Assembly (NCBI RefSeq): GCF_004376175.1
Contig: NZ_SNUY01000009.1
Location: forward strand, 1-32,000
Source: Halalkalibacterium halodurans
GTDB taxonomy: Bacteria; Bacillota; Bacilli; Bacillales; Bacillaceae_D
Length of the DNA stretch: 32,000 bases
Reading direction: 5' to 3'
Below the pieces are notes generated by a model. The model saw nothing but the letters and a program-made list of their open reading frames with translations. It ran no database searches and was not told the DNA's origin. Positions within the stretch are counted from its first letter, which is position 1, and every line of letters begins with the position of its first letter. A program made the position numbers and the translations under genes. Positions 19,130 through 28,049 of this stretch are shown here, in pieces.

Positions 19130-19229
19130 GGAGAGAAGCTTCAGCAATATGGTTTGTCGATACTTTTCTAGCACCTAACTCGTTGAACAGCTCAATTGCT
19201 TTATACAATATACGCGTCTTTGTGTTCAC
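19130..19229 (-). pseudogene. N-terminal fragment of a TetR-family regulator
   Basis: MNTKTRILYKAIELFNELGARKVSTNHIAEAS is a typical TetR HTH start. After about 33 codons the frame degenerates into low-complexity sequence and runs into the hairpin at 19051-19087. No ligand-binding domain is present. Confidence 0.45.
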
Positions 19230-19358
19230 AATATCAACCCCTGTTCGACTTCCCTTCCGTCTACAGAGACTCTCTAATTGACTGTCAATGCAGATACATT
19301 ATATCGTTAAAAAAGACTACACAAGAGAGCCTCCTCTTCTCCGTGTAGTCCTAAAATT

Positions 19359-20261
19359 TTATTCTCCTAATACTGTTTTGGCGATGTTTTTGTCCAGTGC
19401 TTCAAAATCATCATACGAAATCGTTTCATACAGTTCTTTTCTTGTTTGCATATCTTCTATACCGGCTTCCTGAGTTCCTTCATCTTTTATTAACTGAAAG
19501 ATTCGTTCATAGGCTTTGGCAGCCACTCGCAATGACGTAACTGGATAGATCACCATTTGAAAGCCTGCATTTTGTAATCCTCCTGCGGTCATCAAAGGAG
19601 TTTTCCCGAATTCCGTCATATTTGCAAGCAATGGCGCAGATACATTTTCCGCCACGAGGCGAAATTCTTCGGCCGATTGTAATGCTTCTGGGAAAATAGC
19701 ATCCGCTCCAGCCTCAATATAGGCGTTTGCCCGTTCTATCGCCCCATTTAGCCCTTCATTTGCGCGAGCATCGGTTCTAGCCACAATCACTAATGTGGGT
19801 GCCACCTTTTTAATCGCTTGAATTTTTTGCTCCATTTCTTCTTTGGAAACGAGCTGCTTCCCATTTAAATGGCCACATTTCTTCGGTAGCTGTTGATCTT
19901 CTATTTGAACAGCGGCCACATTTGCTTCTAACATCTCCTGTGCAGTACGAGCTACGTTTAAAACACCGCCAAATCCAGTATCAATATCTACAAGGACCGG
20001 TAAATTGGTTGCCCGCACAAGATCTTTTGCCCGATCAGCAACCTCCGTAGACGTCACAATCCCTAAGTCCGGTAAGCCCCTACTCGCGGTATAGGCGCCA
20101 CCCGATAAATAGAGGGCCGAGAAGCCAGCCTTTTTAGCAACGAGTGCGGCCATCGCATCATGGGCACCAGGGATTTGTAAAATGGCTTCTTCTTTCATTA
20201 GCTGCCTAAACCGGTCAGCTAATTCCTTCTGTGATTTCGGTTGCTCGACGATCCACGCCAT
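19359..20261 (-). CDS. prpB: 2-methylisocitrate lyase
   Basis: Isocitrate lyase/PEP mutase family. It has the IEDQQLPKKCGH active-site motif, is 300 aa, and has a GGAGG SD. It is last in the citrate-synthase-like/PrpD/PrpB order. Confidence 0.88.
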   Translation of the reverse strand: MAWIVEQPKSQKELADRFRQLMKEEAILQIPGAHDAMAALVAKKAGFSALYLSGGAYTASRGLPDLGIVTSTEVADRAKDLVRATNLPVLVDIDTGFGGVLNVARTAQEMLEANVAAVQIEDQQLPKKCGHLNGKQLVSKEEMEQKIQAIKKVAPTLVIVARTDARANEGLNGAIERANAYIEAGADAIFPEALQSAEEFRLVAENVSAPLLANMTEFGKTPLMTAGGLQNAGFQMVIYPVTSLRVAAKAYERIFQLIKDEGTQEAGIEDMQTRKELYETISYDDFEALDKNIAKTVLGE

Positions 20262-20278
20262 TTTCGTGTCCTCCTTAT

Positions 20279-21715
20279 TTACTTCACAAATAACTCTATA
20301 AATTCATTGACATTCATTGCTGCTAACCGATCATAATCATAGCTAACCGCTTCAATTTGCTCTAGTTGTTTTTTTGCATAGTGCGTTCCTAAATTCGCTG
20401 CATATTTTTCCACTATTTTTGGAACAGCTTCTTCTCTCCGAAAGCGGTGGCCTAACGGATACTGGCGTTCAATGTTAGCTGTTGAAGTTCCATCTTTAAA
20501 ATGAACTTGGACTGCATTGGCAATAGATCGTTTTTTCGGGTCTAAGTAATCTTTCGTATAGTCTTTGTTTTCTGTAACGACCATTTTATCCCGAAGTCGA
20601 TCGATCCGAGGATCTGCTGCGGCCTCATCCTCATAATCCTCCGCCACAATTGCTCCTTTTAATAACCCCACTGCTGTTATATATTGCAGACAATGATCCC
20701 GATCAGCAGGGTTATATAATGGACCCCTCTTATCAATAATCCGAATGGCAGACTCATGAGTTGAAATCGTAATATGGTCAATCTCATCGAGACGGCCTTT
20801 AACTTCAGGATGAAGCTCTATTGCAGCCTCTGCTGCCGTTTGCGCATGAAACTCAGCTGGAAACGACACTTTAAATAACACATTTTCCATCACATAGCTA
20901 TCAAGCGGCTGATTCAATACGAGTTTTTGTTTATTAAATAACACATCTTGAAAGCCCCAGCCCGGTGCACTTAAAGCTGTTTGATAGCCCATCTCTCCTT
21001 TTATCGCCATAATCGCTAAACGAACGGCACGGCTTGTGGCATCACCAGCAGCCCATGATTTACGTGAGCCCGTGTTAGGCGCTTGACGATACGTACGTAA
21101 GCTCGAGTTATCGATCCATGCGTTCGATAATGCATTGATGATTTCTTGCCTATCTCCTCCAAGCATTTTCGTTACGACGGCTGTCGTGGCAATTTTTACA
21201 AACAATACATGATCCAGCCCTACACGATTTAAACTGTTTTCTAAAGCTAGTACTCCTTGAATCTCGTGGGCCTTAATCATCATTTCCAAGACGTCTTTGA
21301 CCTTTAATGGTTCCTTGCCTTTTGAAAGGTTCTCTTGACTGATAAAATCGGCAACGGCTAATATCCCGCCCAAATTGTCCGATGGGTGGCCCCACTCAGC
21401 AGCAAGCCACGTATCGTTATAATCTAACCAGCGAATCATTGTGCCAATGTTAAACGCTCCTTGGACAGGGTCCAACACGTAAGAAGTCCCTGGCACCCTT
21501 GTTCCTCTTGGGACGATCGTTCCTGGAACAATTGGTCCGAGATGCTTCGTGCACTCGGGATAGTTTAATGCTAGAATTCCGCACCCAATCGTGTCGATTA
21601 ATACGTAATGAGCAGTCGAAAAAGCCTCCTCACTTGTAATCTCATGATGAAGGACGTAATCTGCGATCTGCTCTAACAAAATATCTGTCGTTCTCTCATC
21701 TTTTACTTGTACCAT
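20279..21715 (-). CDS. prpD: 2-methylcitrate dehydratase (MmgE/PrpD family)
   Basis: 478 aa with PrpD-family composition and size. It lies between prpC-like and prpB genes. GGGGGA SD. Confidence 0.85.
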   Translation of the reverse strand: MVQVKDERTTDILLEQIADYVLHHEITSEEAFSTAHYVLIDTIGCGILALNYPECTKHLGPIVPGTIVPRGTRVPGTSYVLDPVQGAFNIGTMIRWLDYNDTWLAAEWGHPSDNLGGILAVADFISQENLSKGKEPLKVKDVLEMMIKAHEIQGVLALENSLNRVGLDHVLFVKIATTAVVTKMLGGDRQEIINALSNAWIDNSSLRTYRQAPNTGSRKSWAAGDATSRAVRLAIMAIKGEMGYQTALSAPGWGFQDVLFNKQKLVLNQPLDSYVMENVLFKVSFPAEFHAQTAAEAAIELHPEVKGRLDEIDHITISTHESAIRIIDKRGPLYNPADRDHCLQYITAVGLLKGAIVAEDYEDEAAADPRIDRLRDKMVVTENKDYTKDYLDPKKRSIANAVQVHFKDGTSTANIERQYPLGHRFRREEAVPKIVEKYAANLGTHYAKKQLEQIEAVSYDYDRLAAMNVNEFIELFVK

Positions 21716-21731
21716 GTTGATCCCCCTTTGC

Positions 21732-22838
21732 TTAGTAGCTTTCCCCGATATAACTTACTCGCGGACGGAAAATACGATTATTCTGATGCTGTTCCATGAC
21801 ATGTGCGGCCAAACCAGCTGTTCGGGCTGTAAAGAATATGGGTGTATATAATTCAATTGGAATCCCTAACATCCAATAGACAGGTGCTGCATAGTAATCT
21901 AGGTTCGGATACAATCCTTTTTCCTCAAGCATCGTTTTTTCTCCAGCCTCACATCTATCTAACAGAGAATAATCTCCTTTTTTCTCACACAGCTGCTTTA
22001 AGGATTCCTTCATTTCTAGTGCACGCGGGTCCATTTTCTTCATATAAACTCTGTGACCAAAGCCCATTACTTTTTCTTTATTGACTAGCTTCTTCTGGAT
22101 TAATTGCTGGAACTCAGCAGCTGAATCAACCGACTGTAACATATACATCACGGCTTCATTGGCACCACCATGAAGATTCCCTTTCAATGAAGCGACTCCC
22201 CCTGTTAATGCTCCATAAAGATCAGAATGGGTTGAAGCAATGACCCTAGCCGTAAACGTTGAGTTAGGCATTTCATGTTCACTATATAAAAGTAAAGACC
22301 GGTCAAAAATCTTCACTTCAAATGGCTTTGGCTCTTTCCCGGTGATCATGTAAAGAAAATTGGCGCTATATGAAAGAGTCGGATCAGGCTGTACCGTTTT
22401 TAGACCGTTTATAAGCCGGTAGCTATTTACCGTAATAGCTGGCAATTTCCCTAACAGTTTATAAGCCCGTGCTTTGTTTGCTTCAGTGGAGCGACTCTCG
22501 ATCTCTTTGTCAACCGAAGAAAGCGCTGACAATCCTGTGCGTAAGCCGTCCATTGGATGTGTTGTCTCCGGTAACAAACTCAATATTTCCATGACATATG
22601 AAGGGATGTCGTAATGTTTCTTCAGCGTGTCTTCCAATGCGGATTTTTCTGAGGCATTTGGCAATGTTCCGTCTAATAATAAATGAACGACGTCTAGATA
22701 ATCGTTGCTTACGGATAAATCAATTAAGTCATGACCTCTAATAATAATCTTTTCTCGTTCTGTATCAAGAAAAGATATCGCGGTCTCTGCTGCAATCACG
22801 CGATCTAAACCAGGAACGAACGGCTGTTTTATGCTCAT
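21732..22838 (-). CDS. prpC: 2-methylcitrate synthase / citrate synthase family
   Basis: AAGGAGGG SD precedes ATG 22838. Citrate-synthase motifs are present ([18 protein letters not shown]-like [12 protein letters not shown]). It is first in the operon with prpD and prpB. Confidence 0.85.
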   Translation of the reverse strand: MSIKQPFVPGLDRVIAAETAISFLDTEREKIIIRGHDLIDLSVSNDYLDVVHLLLDGTLPNASEKSALEDTLKKHYDIPSYVMEILSLLPETTHPMDGLRTGLSALSSVDKEIESRSTEANKARAYKLLGKLPAITVNSYRLINGLKTVQPDPTLSYSANFLYMITGKEPKPFEVKIFDRSLLLYSEHEMPNSTFTARVIASTHSDLYGALTGGVASLKGNLHGGANEAVMYMLQSVDSAAEFQQLIQKKLVNKEKVMGFGHRVYMKKMDPRALEMKESLKQLCEKKGDYSLLDRCEAGEKTMLEEKGLYPNLDYYAAPVYWMLGIPIELYTPIFFTARTAGLAAHVMEQHQNNRIFRPRVSYIGESY

Positions 22839-22887
22839 GAACACCCTCCTTATTTCATCCAATCATTTCTATATACCTATTATAAAA

Positions 22888-22916
22888 TTGAAACCAAGAT
22901 TGGAAAAATATATAAT
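22888..22916 (+). promoter_or_regulatory. Candidate sigma-A promoter of the LysR gene (TTGAAA-N17-TATAAT) with embedded palindromes
   Basis: TTGAAA is at 22888-22893 and TATAAT at 22911-22916, with exact 17-nt spacing. The spacer contains CCAAGATTGG (22894-22903). The 10-bp inverted repeat TTGGAAAAAT (22900-22909) / ATTTTTCCAA (22935-22944) brackets the -10. Confidence 0.5.
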
Positions 22917-22963
22917 TTTAATGAATAACCATAAATTTTTCCAATAACAAAGGGGTGTGTTCC

Positions 22964-23833
22964 ATGAGAATGCAAGATTGGGAAATGTTATCGACCTTGT
23001 ATGACACCACAAATATTACGAAAGCGGCTCAGCGCCTTTTCTTATCGCAGCCCACCATAACGTCTCGATTGCAAAAATTAGAAAGCTACTACGGTGTGCA
23101 GCTTATTATTCGTAAGCAAAGGGGAGTAACGTTTACACCTGAAGGCGAAAAGTTAGCGTTACACGCAAAAAAAATGCTACTTGAACAACGAAAGATAGAA
23201 GAACAATTGCATAATATGAGCGAAGAAGTATCTGGATCGATTCGGGTGGGCGTGTCCAATTTTTTCGCTCTTAATAAAATGCCAAAATTGCTTCGCCTTT
23301 TTAAACAAACGTATCCGAATGTCGAATTTCAAGTGGTCACTGGTTGGAGCAGCGAAATGCACCGGCTTATTCTCAACCATGATGTGCACATTGCCTTTAT
23401 AAAAGGGGATTACCTTTGGAATGAAACGAAGCATTTGCTTTACGAGGAAGAAATCTGCATTGCAGCGCCGTGGGAATTCACTTGGGAAGATCTCCCCACA
23501 CTCCCTCGGATTGATTATCATACAGATGAAAAAATGAAGAGCATCGTCGATCAGTGGTGGTACAACCAGTATAAACAAAAGCCAAACGTTACGATCCAAG
23601 TAAATCAAGTCGAAACGTGCAAAGAAATGGTCATTCATGGCTTGGGCTACGCCATTATCGCTAACCTTGTTGTCCGTCCGTACCCTGAGCTTATCATTAA
23701 ACCGCTACACCACCCTTCAGGAAAGCCAATTACTCGCAAAACATGGATGTATTATCATAACGACATGTTGCAGTTAAACATCGTGAAAGCATTTGTACAG
23801 TTTATTCAATCAATCGATGTAAAAGCACTATAG
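22964..23833 (+). CDS. LysR-family transcriptional regulator, divergent from prpCDB
   Basis: N-terminal HTH (ITKAAQRLFLSQPTITSRLQKLE) plus a LysR substrate-binding domain. AAGGGG sits 9 nt before ATG 22964. The arrangement is a divergent activator-operon pair like citR-citA. Confidence 0.85.
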   Translation: MRMQDWEMLSTLYDTTNITKAAQRLFLSQPTITSRLQKLESYYGVQLIIRKQRGVTFTPEGEKLALHAKKMLLEQRKIEEQLHNMSEEVSGSIRVGVSNFFALNKMPKLLRLFKQTYPNVEFQVVTGWSSEMHRLILNHDVHIAFIKGDYLWNETKHLLYEEEICIAAPWEFTWEDLPTLPRIDYHTDEKMKSIVDQWWYNQYKQKPNVTIQVNQVETCKEMVIHGLGYAIIANLVVRPYPELIIKPLHHPSGKPITRKTWMYYHNDMLQLNIVKAFVQFIQSIDVKAL

Positions 23834-24034
23834 CGGAATTGAATGGCAATGAATAACCACTTGTGAAGTGATGGCTAAGTTCATGTGACTTATCACAATC
23901 GTCCTTATTTATTTCTTTTTTTAGTACCTATAGCCATCATCAGGACACCTCCTTCGTTCAATAATAGGCGTGGTGGTGCCTTTAAATTACAAGAAGCCCG
24001 GCCTTAGGCAGAGCTTCTCTATCGGGTATATTAT

Positions 24035-25462
24035 TTATTGATTGATTGGTTTTCCTGCCGATCGTGCCAGCTCCGCCTCTCGGTAAAAGTTCGTAAAATA
24101 ATCATTCGTCTCGTTTACAATCACTTTCCAGAGAAGCAATAGGCCGATTAAGTTTGGAATCATCATAAGAGCATTTGCCATATCCGCGAATGCCCAAACA
24201 GTGCTAAGATTAGCAACCGTTCCAATTCCGCAAGCCGCAATGTACACAAGGCGGTAACTTGCAATCCCTTTTGAGCCCACTAAGTATTCAAAGCACTTTT
24301 CTCCGTACACATACCAACCGACAATCGTCGAGAAGCCAAAGAAAATGACAGAGAACGACACAATGTATTCACCGACAATACCGAGAACCGATCCAAAGGC
24401 CGCACTCGTAAGGGCTCCGCCTTCCAGTGTGGCATCATGAGCAACCCCGGAAAGTAGCCCGCCCGACGGATCCCAAAAACCTGTGATCAGAAGGGTTAAG
24501 CCTGTCATCGTACAAACGATGATCGTCACGATGAACGTACCGGTCATTGCGACAAGCGCCTGTTTCACAGGGTGGTCGGCCCTAGCATTGCCAGCAATTA
24601 AAGCCGCAGTTCCTAAACCAGCCTCATTTGAAAAAATGCCGCGCGCCACTCCATTACGGATGGCCTCTGAGACGACGATTCCGAGGAATCCACCGGCTGC
24701 GGCAACCGGGTTAAACGCATAGTAAAAAATAAGCCCAAACGCTGGAAGGATCATGTCGTAATTTAAAATTAATATGAGCGTAGCTCCTCCCATGTAAAGA
24801 AACGCCATAATCGGAACAAAGAAGCTGGCTACCGTACTAATTCGTTGAATTCCACCGAACACGATTACACTGACTAAGGCCACCAATAGAACCCCTGTCA
24901 GCCAATGGGGCATCGAAAAGCTATTTTTCGTTACATCCGCAATCGTATTTGATTGGACGCTGTTCCCAATCCCTAACGCGGCAAATGCACCAAAGAACGC
25001 AAAGGCAATTGCCAGCCATTTAAACTTCTGACCGAGCCCTCGTTCAATATAATACATCGGACCACTTGAATACTCACCTTTTGCGTTCTTTACCCGGTAC
25101 TTGACAGCTAAAAGAGCCTCTGCGTACTTTGTCGCCATTCCGAGTAAGCCGACAATCCACATCCAAAAGATCGCTCCAGGTCCACCGAGTGTAATAGCGG
25201 TAGCCACTCCAGCGATGTTCCCGTTTCCGATCGTAGCCGCAAGCGCTGTCATTAATGCTTTAAAATGACTGACATCTCCTTCAGCTGCAGCATCCTTGCT
25301 ATCTTCTTTACCAAATCCGATCTTAAAAGCATAGAGAAGTCGGCGAAATTGCAATCCTCTTAAGACAATCGTTAAAAATAAGCCTGTCCCAAACAACAAT
25401 ATTAAGCTAGGTGGTCCCCATAACACACCATTGATTTGCTCTAACATCTTCAAAACATCCAT
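24035..25462 (-). CDS. Alanine/glycine:cation (Na+) symporter, AGCS family
   Basis: 475 aa polytopic protein. The N-terminus (INGVLWGPPSLILLFGTGLFLTIVLRGLQFR) and the motif GNIAGVATAITLGGPGAIFWMW are typical of AGCS. GGGAG SD. Confidence 0.88.
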   Translation of the reverse strand: MDVLKMLEQINGVLWGPPSLILLFGTGLFLTIVLRGLQFRRLLYAFKIGFGKEDSKDAAAEGDVSHFKALMTALAATIGNGNIAGVATAITLGGPGAIFWMWIVGLLGMATKYAEALLAVKYRVKNAKGEYSSGPMYYIERGLGQKFKWLAIAFAFFGAFAALGIGNSVQSNTIADVTKNSFSMPHWLTGVLLVALVSVIVFGGIQRISTVASFFVPIMAFLYMGGATLILILNYDMILPAFGLIFYYAFNPVAAAGGFLGIVVSEAIRNGVARGIFSNEAGLGTAALIAGNARADHPVKQALVAMTGTFIVTIIVCTMTGLTLLITGFWDPSGGLLSGVAHDATLEGGALTSAAFGSVLGIVGEYIVSFSVIFFGFSTIVGWYVYGEKCFEYLVGSKGIASYRLVYIAACGIGTVANLSTVWAFADMANALMMIPNLIGLLLLWKVIVNETNDYFTNFYREAELARSAGKPINQ

Positions 25463-25559
25463 CGTTGTTCACTCCCGCTGAAATAACACCTGATCATGAA
25501 GTACACGAGTGTTATTTTACCACAATCACGATGTTGTTGATTTGTAGTTAACAACAAAA

Positions 25560-25575
25560 ATGAAAGCGCTTTATT
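25560..25575. promoter_or_regulatory. cre-like element in the symporter / aldo-keto reductase intergenic region
   Basis: ATGAAAGCGCTTTATT matches WTGNAANCGNWNNCW in all but one position. It shares the TGAAAGCGCTT core with the sites at 25720 and 18583. Confidence 0.35.
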
Positions 25576-25718
25576 TGTAGGTTGTAAACAAATCACTAGA
25601 ATGACTCGGACCAATTGGATTAAAAAAATGAAGCGAAAAGAAGGAATCTTCTTGTTTTCTAGCGAATATTAACAAACTCTGCAAACAAACACTCACCACT
25701 TTTCGCCGGGTCTCCGTT

Positions 25719-25734
25719 TTGAAAGCGCTTCGTT
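25719..25734. promoter_or_regulatory. Second cre-like element, upstream of the aldo/keto reductase gene
   Basis: TTGAAAGCGCTTCGTT has one mismatch to WTGNAANCGNWNNCW. It lies about 55 nt upstream of ATG 25787. Confidence 0.3.
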
Positions 25735-25786
25735 TAACGGGATGTCATCTACAATTAGAAATTTGAAGGAGGCTTTTGATTCAATC

Positions 25787-26704
25787 ATGAGAACGATTAA
25801 ACTAGGAAGCAGTTCATTAGAAGTACCTGTTGTCGCAGTCGGTTGCATGCGGATAAACGCCATCAGCAAAAAAGAGGCTGAACGCTTTGTCCAAACGGCG
25901 CTCGAACAAGGAGCAAATTTTTTTGATCATGCCGATATATACGGTGGCGGGGAATGTGAGGAAATTTTCGCAGATGCGATTCAAATGAACGAGGCCGTTA
26001 GGGAAAAGATCATTCTTCAATCCAAGTGCGGCATTCGTGAAGGACGATTCGATTTTTCAAAAGATTACATTTTACAATCAGTGGATGGAATCCTTCAACG
26101 GTTAAAGACCGATTATTTAGATGTTTTATTGCTACACCGACCAGATGCTTTAGTCGAGCCGGAAGAGGTAGCAGAAGCGTTCGATCTTCTAGAAAGCTCA
26201 GGTAAAGTGCGGCACTTCGGGGTCTCGAACCAAAACCCGATGCAAATCGAATTGCTAAAAAAGTTTGTGAGGCAACCGATAGTAGCTAACCAGCTTCAAT
26301 TAAGTATCACTAACGCGACCATGATCTCTAGCGGAATCAATGTAAACATGGAAAACGAGTCTGCGATTAACCGAGATGGTAGTGTGCTTGATTATTGTCG
26401 TCTACACGACGTGACGATACAGCCTTGGTCCCCGTTCCAATACGGCTTTTTTGAAGGAGTCTTCCTCGGGAATGATTCGTTCCCAGAGCTGAACAAAAAG
26501 ATTGATGAACTAGCAGAAAAGTATGAGGTGAGCAATACAACCATTGCGATTGCCTGGCTGCTTCGTCACCCAGCCAACATGCAGCCAGTGATCGGCACGA
26601 TGAACCTTAAGCGCTTAAAGGATTGCTGCAAGGCTAGCGAGATCCGACTCACACGCGAAGAATGGTACGAAATTTATCGCGCAGCTGGTAATATTCTTCC
26701 ATAG
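25787..26704 (+). CDS. Aldo/keto reductase family oxidoreductase (YdhF-like)
   Basis: MRTIKLGSSSLEVPVVAVGCMRI..., DHADIYGGG, LLLHRPD and VRHFGVSN are AKR catalytic-tetrad contexts. The start is ambiguous: ATG 25787 lies 14 nt after GGAGG, and the track start 25742 has no SD. Confidence 0.85.
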   Translation: MRTIKLGSSSLEVPVVAVGCMRINAISKKEAERFVQTALEQGANFFDHADIYGGGECEEIFADAIQMNEAVREKIILQSKCGIREGRFDFSKDYILQSVDGILQRLKTDYLDVLLLHRPDALVEPEEVAEAFDLLESSGKVRHFGVSNQNPMQIELLKKFVRQPIVANQLQLSITNATMISSGINVNMENESAINRDGSVLDYCRLHDVTIQPWSPFQYGFFEGVFLGNDSFPELNKKIDELAEKYEVSNTTIAIAWLLRHPANMQPVIGTMNLKRLKDCCKASEIRLTREEWYEIYRAAGNILP

Positions 26705-26828
26705 GATCAGTTCAGCCGAGCACAGAGCCCCTGAACGAGCAAGCTTCAAACCGATGATAACGGATGCAGAACGCTCTCGGAAAGTCTTCTAATTTCATTC
26801 TGATGGGCTTCTATCCTTCGAAAAATGA

Positions 26829-26872
26829 GAAAAAGATAGTGTACTCACGGATGTCGGTAGACTATCTTTTTC
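26829..26872 (+). terminator. 12-bp hairpin downstream of the reductase gene, abutting the truncated gene remnant
   Basis: GAAAAAGATAGT (26829-26840) pairs with ACTATCTTTTTC (26861-26872). The downstream T-tract is weak (TATGTTT). Confidence 0.45.
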
Positions 26873-26881
26873 TATGTTTAA

Positions 26882-27347
26882 TTGGGCATAAAGAAAATCA
26901 GCGTCATTGGCTCCCCATTTACCGGACCATTTCAGACAATTGATTATGTCTATTACCCGCACAAAGACAATGACGTAGATTCGTCCCCTGTTACAACTCT
27001 TCAGGTCCATTCGACCATCCAGCAGCCGCTCCATATGGATATCCTCGATACTGGCACTCACACTATTAGGGGAATTGCATGGACTGGCGCAGGTTCGATC
27101 ACCTCCGTTAAAGTCAGCACAGATCAAGGTCACACGTGGAGGGAAGCCTCGATGGAAAGCCACGATCCGAAAGGCTATGCTTGGATTCCGTGGTCAATCG
27201 AATGGAACGTATCAAGTAAAAGGGGAATACACCATCATGTCGAAGGCGACCGACTCGGCGGGACGCACGCAGCCGGCAGCACCCTTCTGGAACCGAAAAG
27301 GCTATGGCTACCACGCAATCGATCAAGTGAAAGGAAAGGTGGAGTAG
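26882..27347 (+). pseudogene. 5'-truncated, frameshifted remnant of a sulfite-oxidase-family molybdoenzyme (dimerisation/Ig-like C-terminal domain only)
   Basis: Frame A reads ...IRGIAWTGAGSITSVKVSTDQGHTWREA...YAWIPWSIEWN. Frame B (27075-27347) continues KGEYTIMSKATDSAGRTQPAAPFWNRKGYGYHAIDQVKGKVE*. Removing one A from the AAAA run at 27218-27221 joins them. There is no SD, and only about 175 bp lies upstream where a Mo-binding domain of roughly 200 aa (my estimate) would be needed. Confidence 0.65.
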
Positions 27348-27367
27348 AAGAACGTCATAAATAAAGG

Positions 27368-27395
27368 AAGGACAGACGCCCGTTCGTCTGTCCTT
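27368..27395. terminator. Hairpin terminator between the remnant and the convergent radical-SAM operon
   Basis: AAGGACAGACG (27368-27378) pairs with CGTCTGTCCTT (27385-27395). On the minus strand the T-rich CCTTTATTTAT follows. Confidence 0.7.
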
Positions 27396-27410
27396 TGAGA
27401 TGAGCTGCTG

Positions 27411-28049
27411 CTAGCCTTGTTCTTTAAACTTCGTTGGACTTAATTTTTTAAATTCCGTTTTATGAAATAATTCTTCTAACGTTTGTTGAGTTGCCATCCC
27501 ATTAACAGAGACCAATCCATCTTCAAGTATACGAATTTCAATCTTGTTGCTGATGGACGCTATTTGCTGTTCTAGATGTTTATACTTATCCGTTAAAAAA
27601 TGATAGCGCTGGTTTGATGATCCAGTCCAAGGCCTGCTTAAATCCAGCTTCTCTTTTACAAAGGGGCCATCAATTAGTAGATCGATAGCTGAAAGGAACA
27701 GCTGACAGTCCTCCCTTTGTTTAAGATCCTCATACATGTAACCTGAGAAAGACATAACCGTCAGCCCTAAGCTTTTTACCTTTTGTGCAAGCTCTCCTAG
27801 CGCCTCGGGTTGGTCAAAGGGCTCCCCGCCCAGAAAGGTAACGCCCTCAATATCGTGGTTCTCTTTGCTTTCCTTAATCTCATGAAAAAGCTGGTCAATG
27901 CTTATGACTTTTCCATTGTCTACTGACCATGTCCATGGGACTGCACACCCTTCACACCGAATCGAGCATCCTTGAACCCAGAGGCAAAAACGTTTCCCTG
28001 GGCCCTCCACTGAGGTTAAAGGTAAATACCGATGAATACGTAAATCCAT
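27411..28049 (-). CDS. NrdG-like radical-SAM activase (glycyl-radical-enzyme-activase fold) with about 55-aa C-terminal extension; no cognate GRE nearby
   Basis: SVEGPGKRFCLWVQGCSIRCEGCAVPWTW carries CX3CX2C in an NrdG-type context. GVTFLGGEPF and LLIDGPFVKEKLDLSRPWTGSSNQRYHFL are colinear with E. coli NrdG motifs as I recall them (NGPGTRCTLFVSGC..C..C, LSGGDP, VLVDGKF...IWRGSSNQ). The start overlaps the upstream stop (TAATG at 28047-28051). Confidence 0.8.
   Translation of the reverse strand: MDLRIHRYLPLTSVEGPGKRFCLWVQGCSIRCEGCAVPWTWSVDNGKVISIDQLFHEIKESKENHDIEGVTFLGGEPFDQPEALGELAQKVKSLGLTVMSFSGYMYEDLKQREDCQLFLSAIDLLIDGPFVKEKLDLSRPWTGSSNQRYHFLTDKYKHLEQQIASISNKIEIRILEDGLVSVNGMATQQTLEELFHKTEFKKLSPTKFKEQG

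Noticed and set aside
25463-25741. Glycine riboswitch or other leader RNA upstream of the alanine/glycine symporter, including the 9-bp hairpin AAATAACAC/GTGTTATTT at 25481-25517.
   Set aside because: I could not find the conserved glycine-riboswitch cores (GGAGAG...CACCGAAGGGG-like). On the coding strand the hairpin is not followed by a U-tract. It is insufficient for an RNA-element call.
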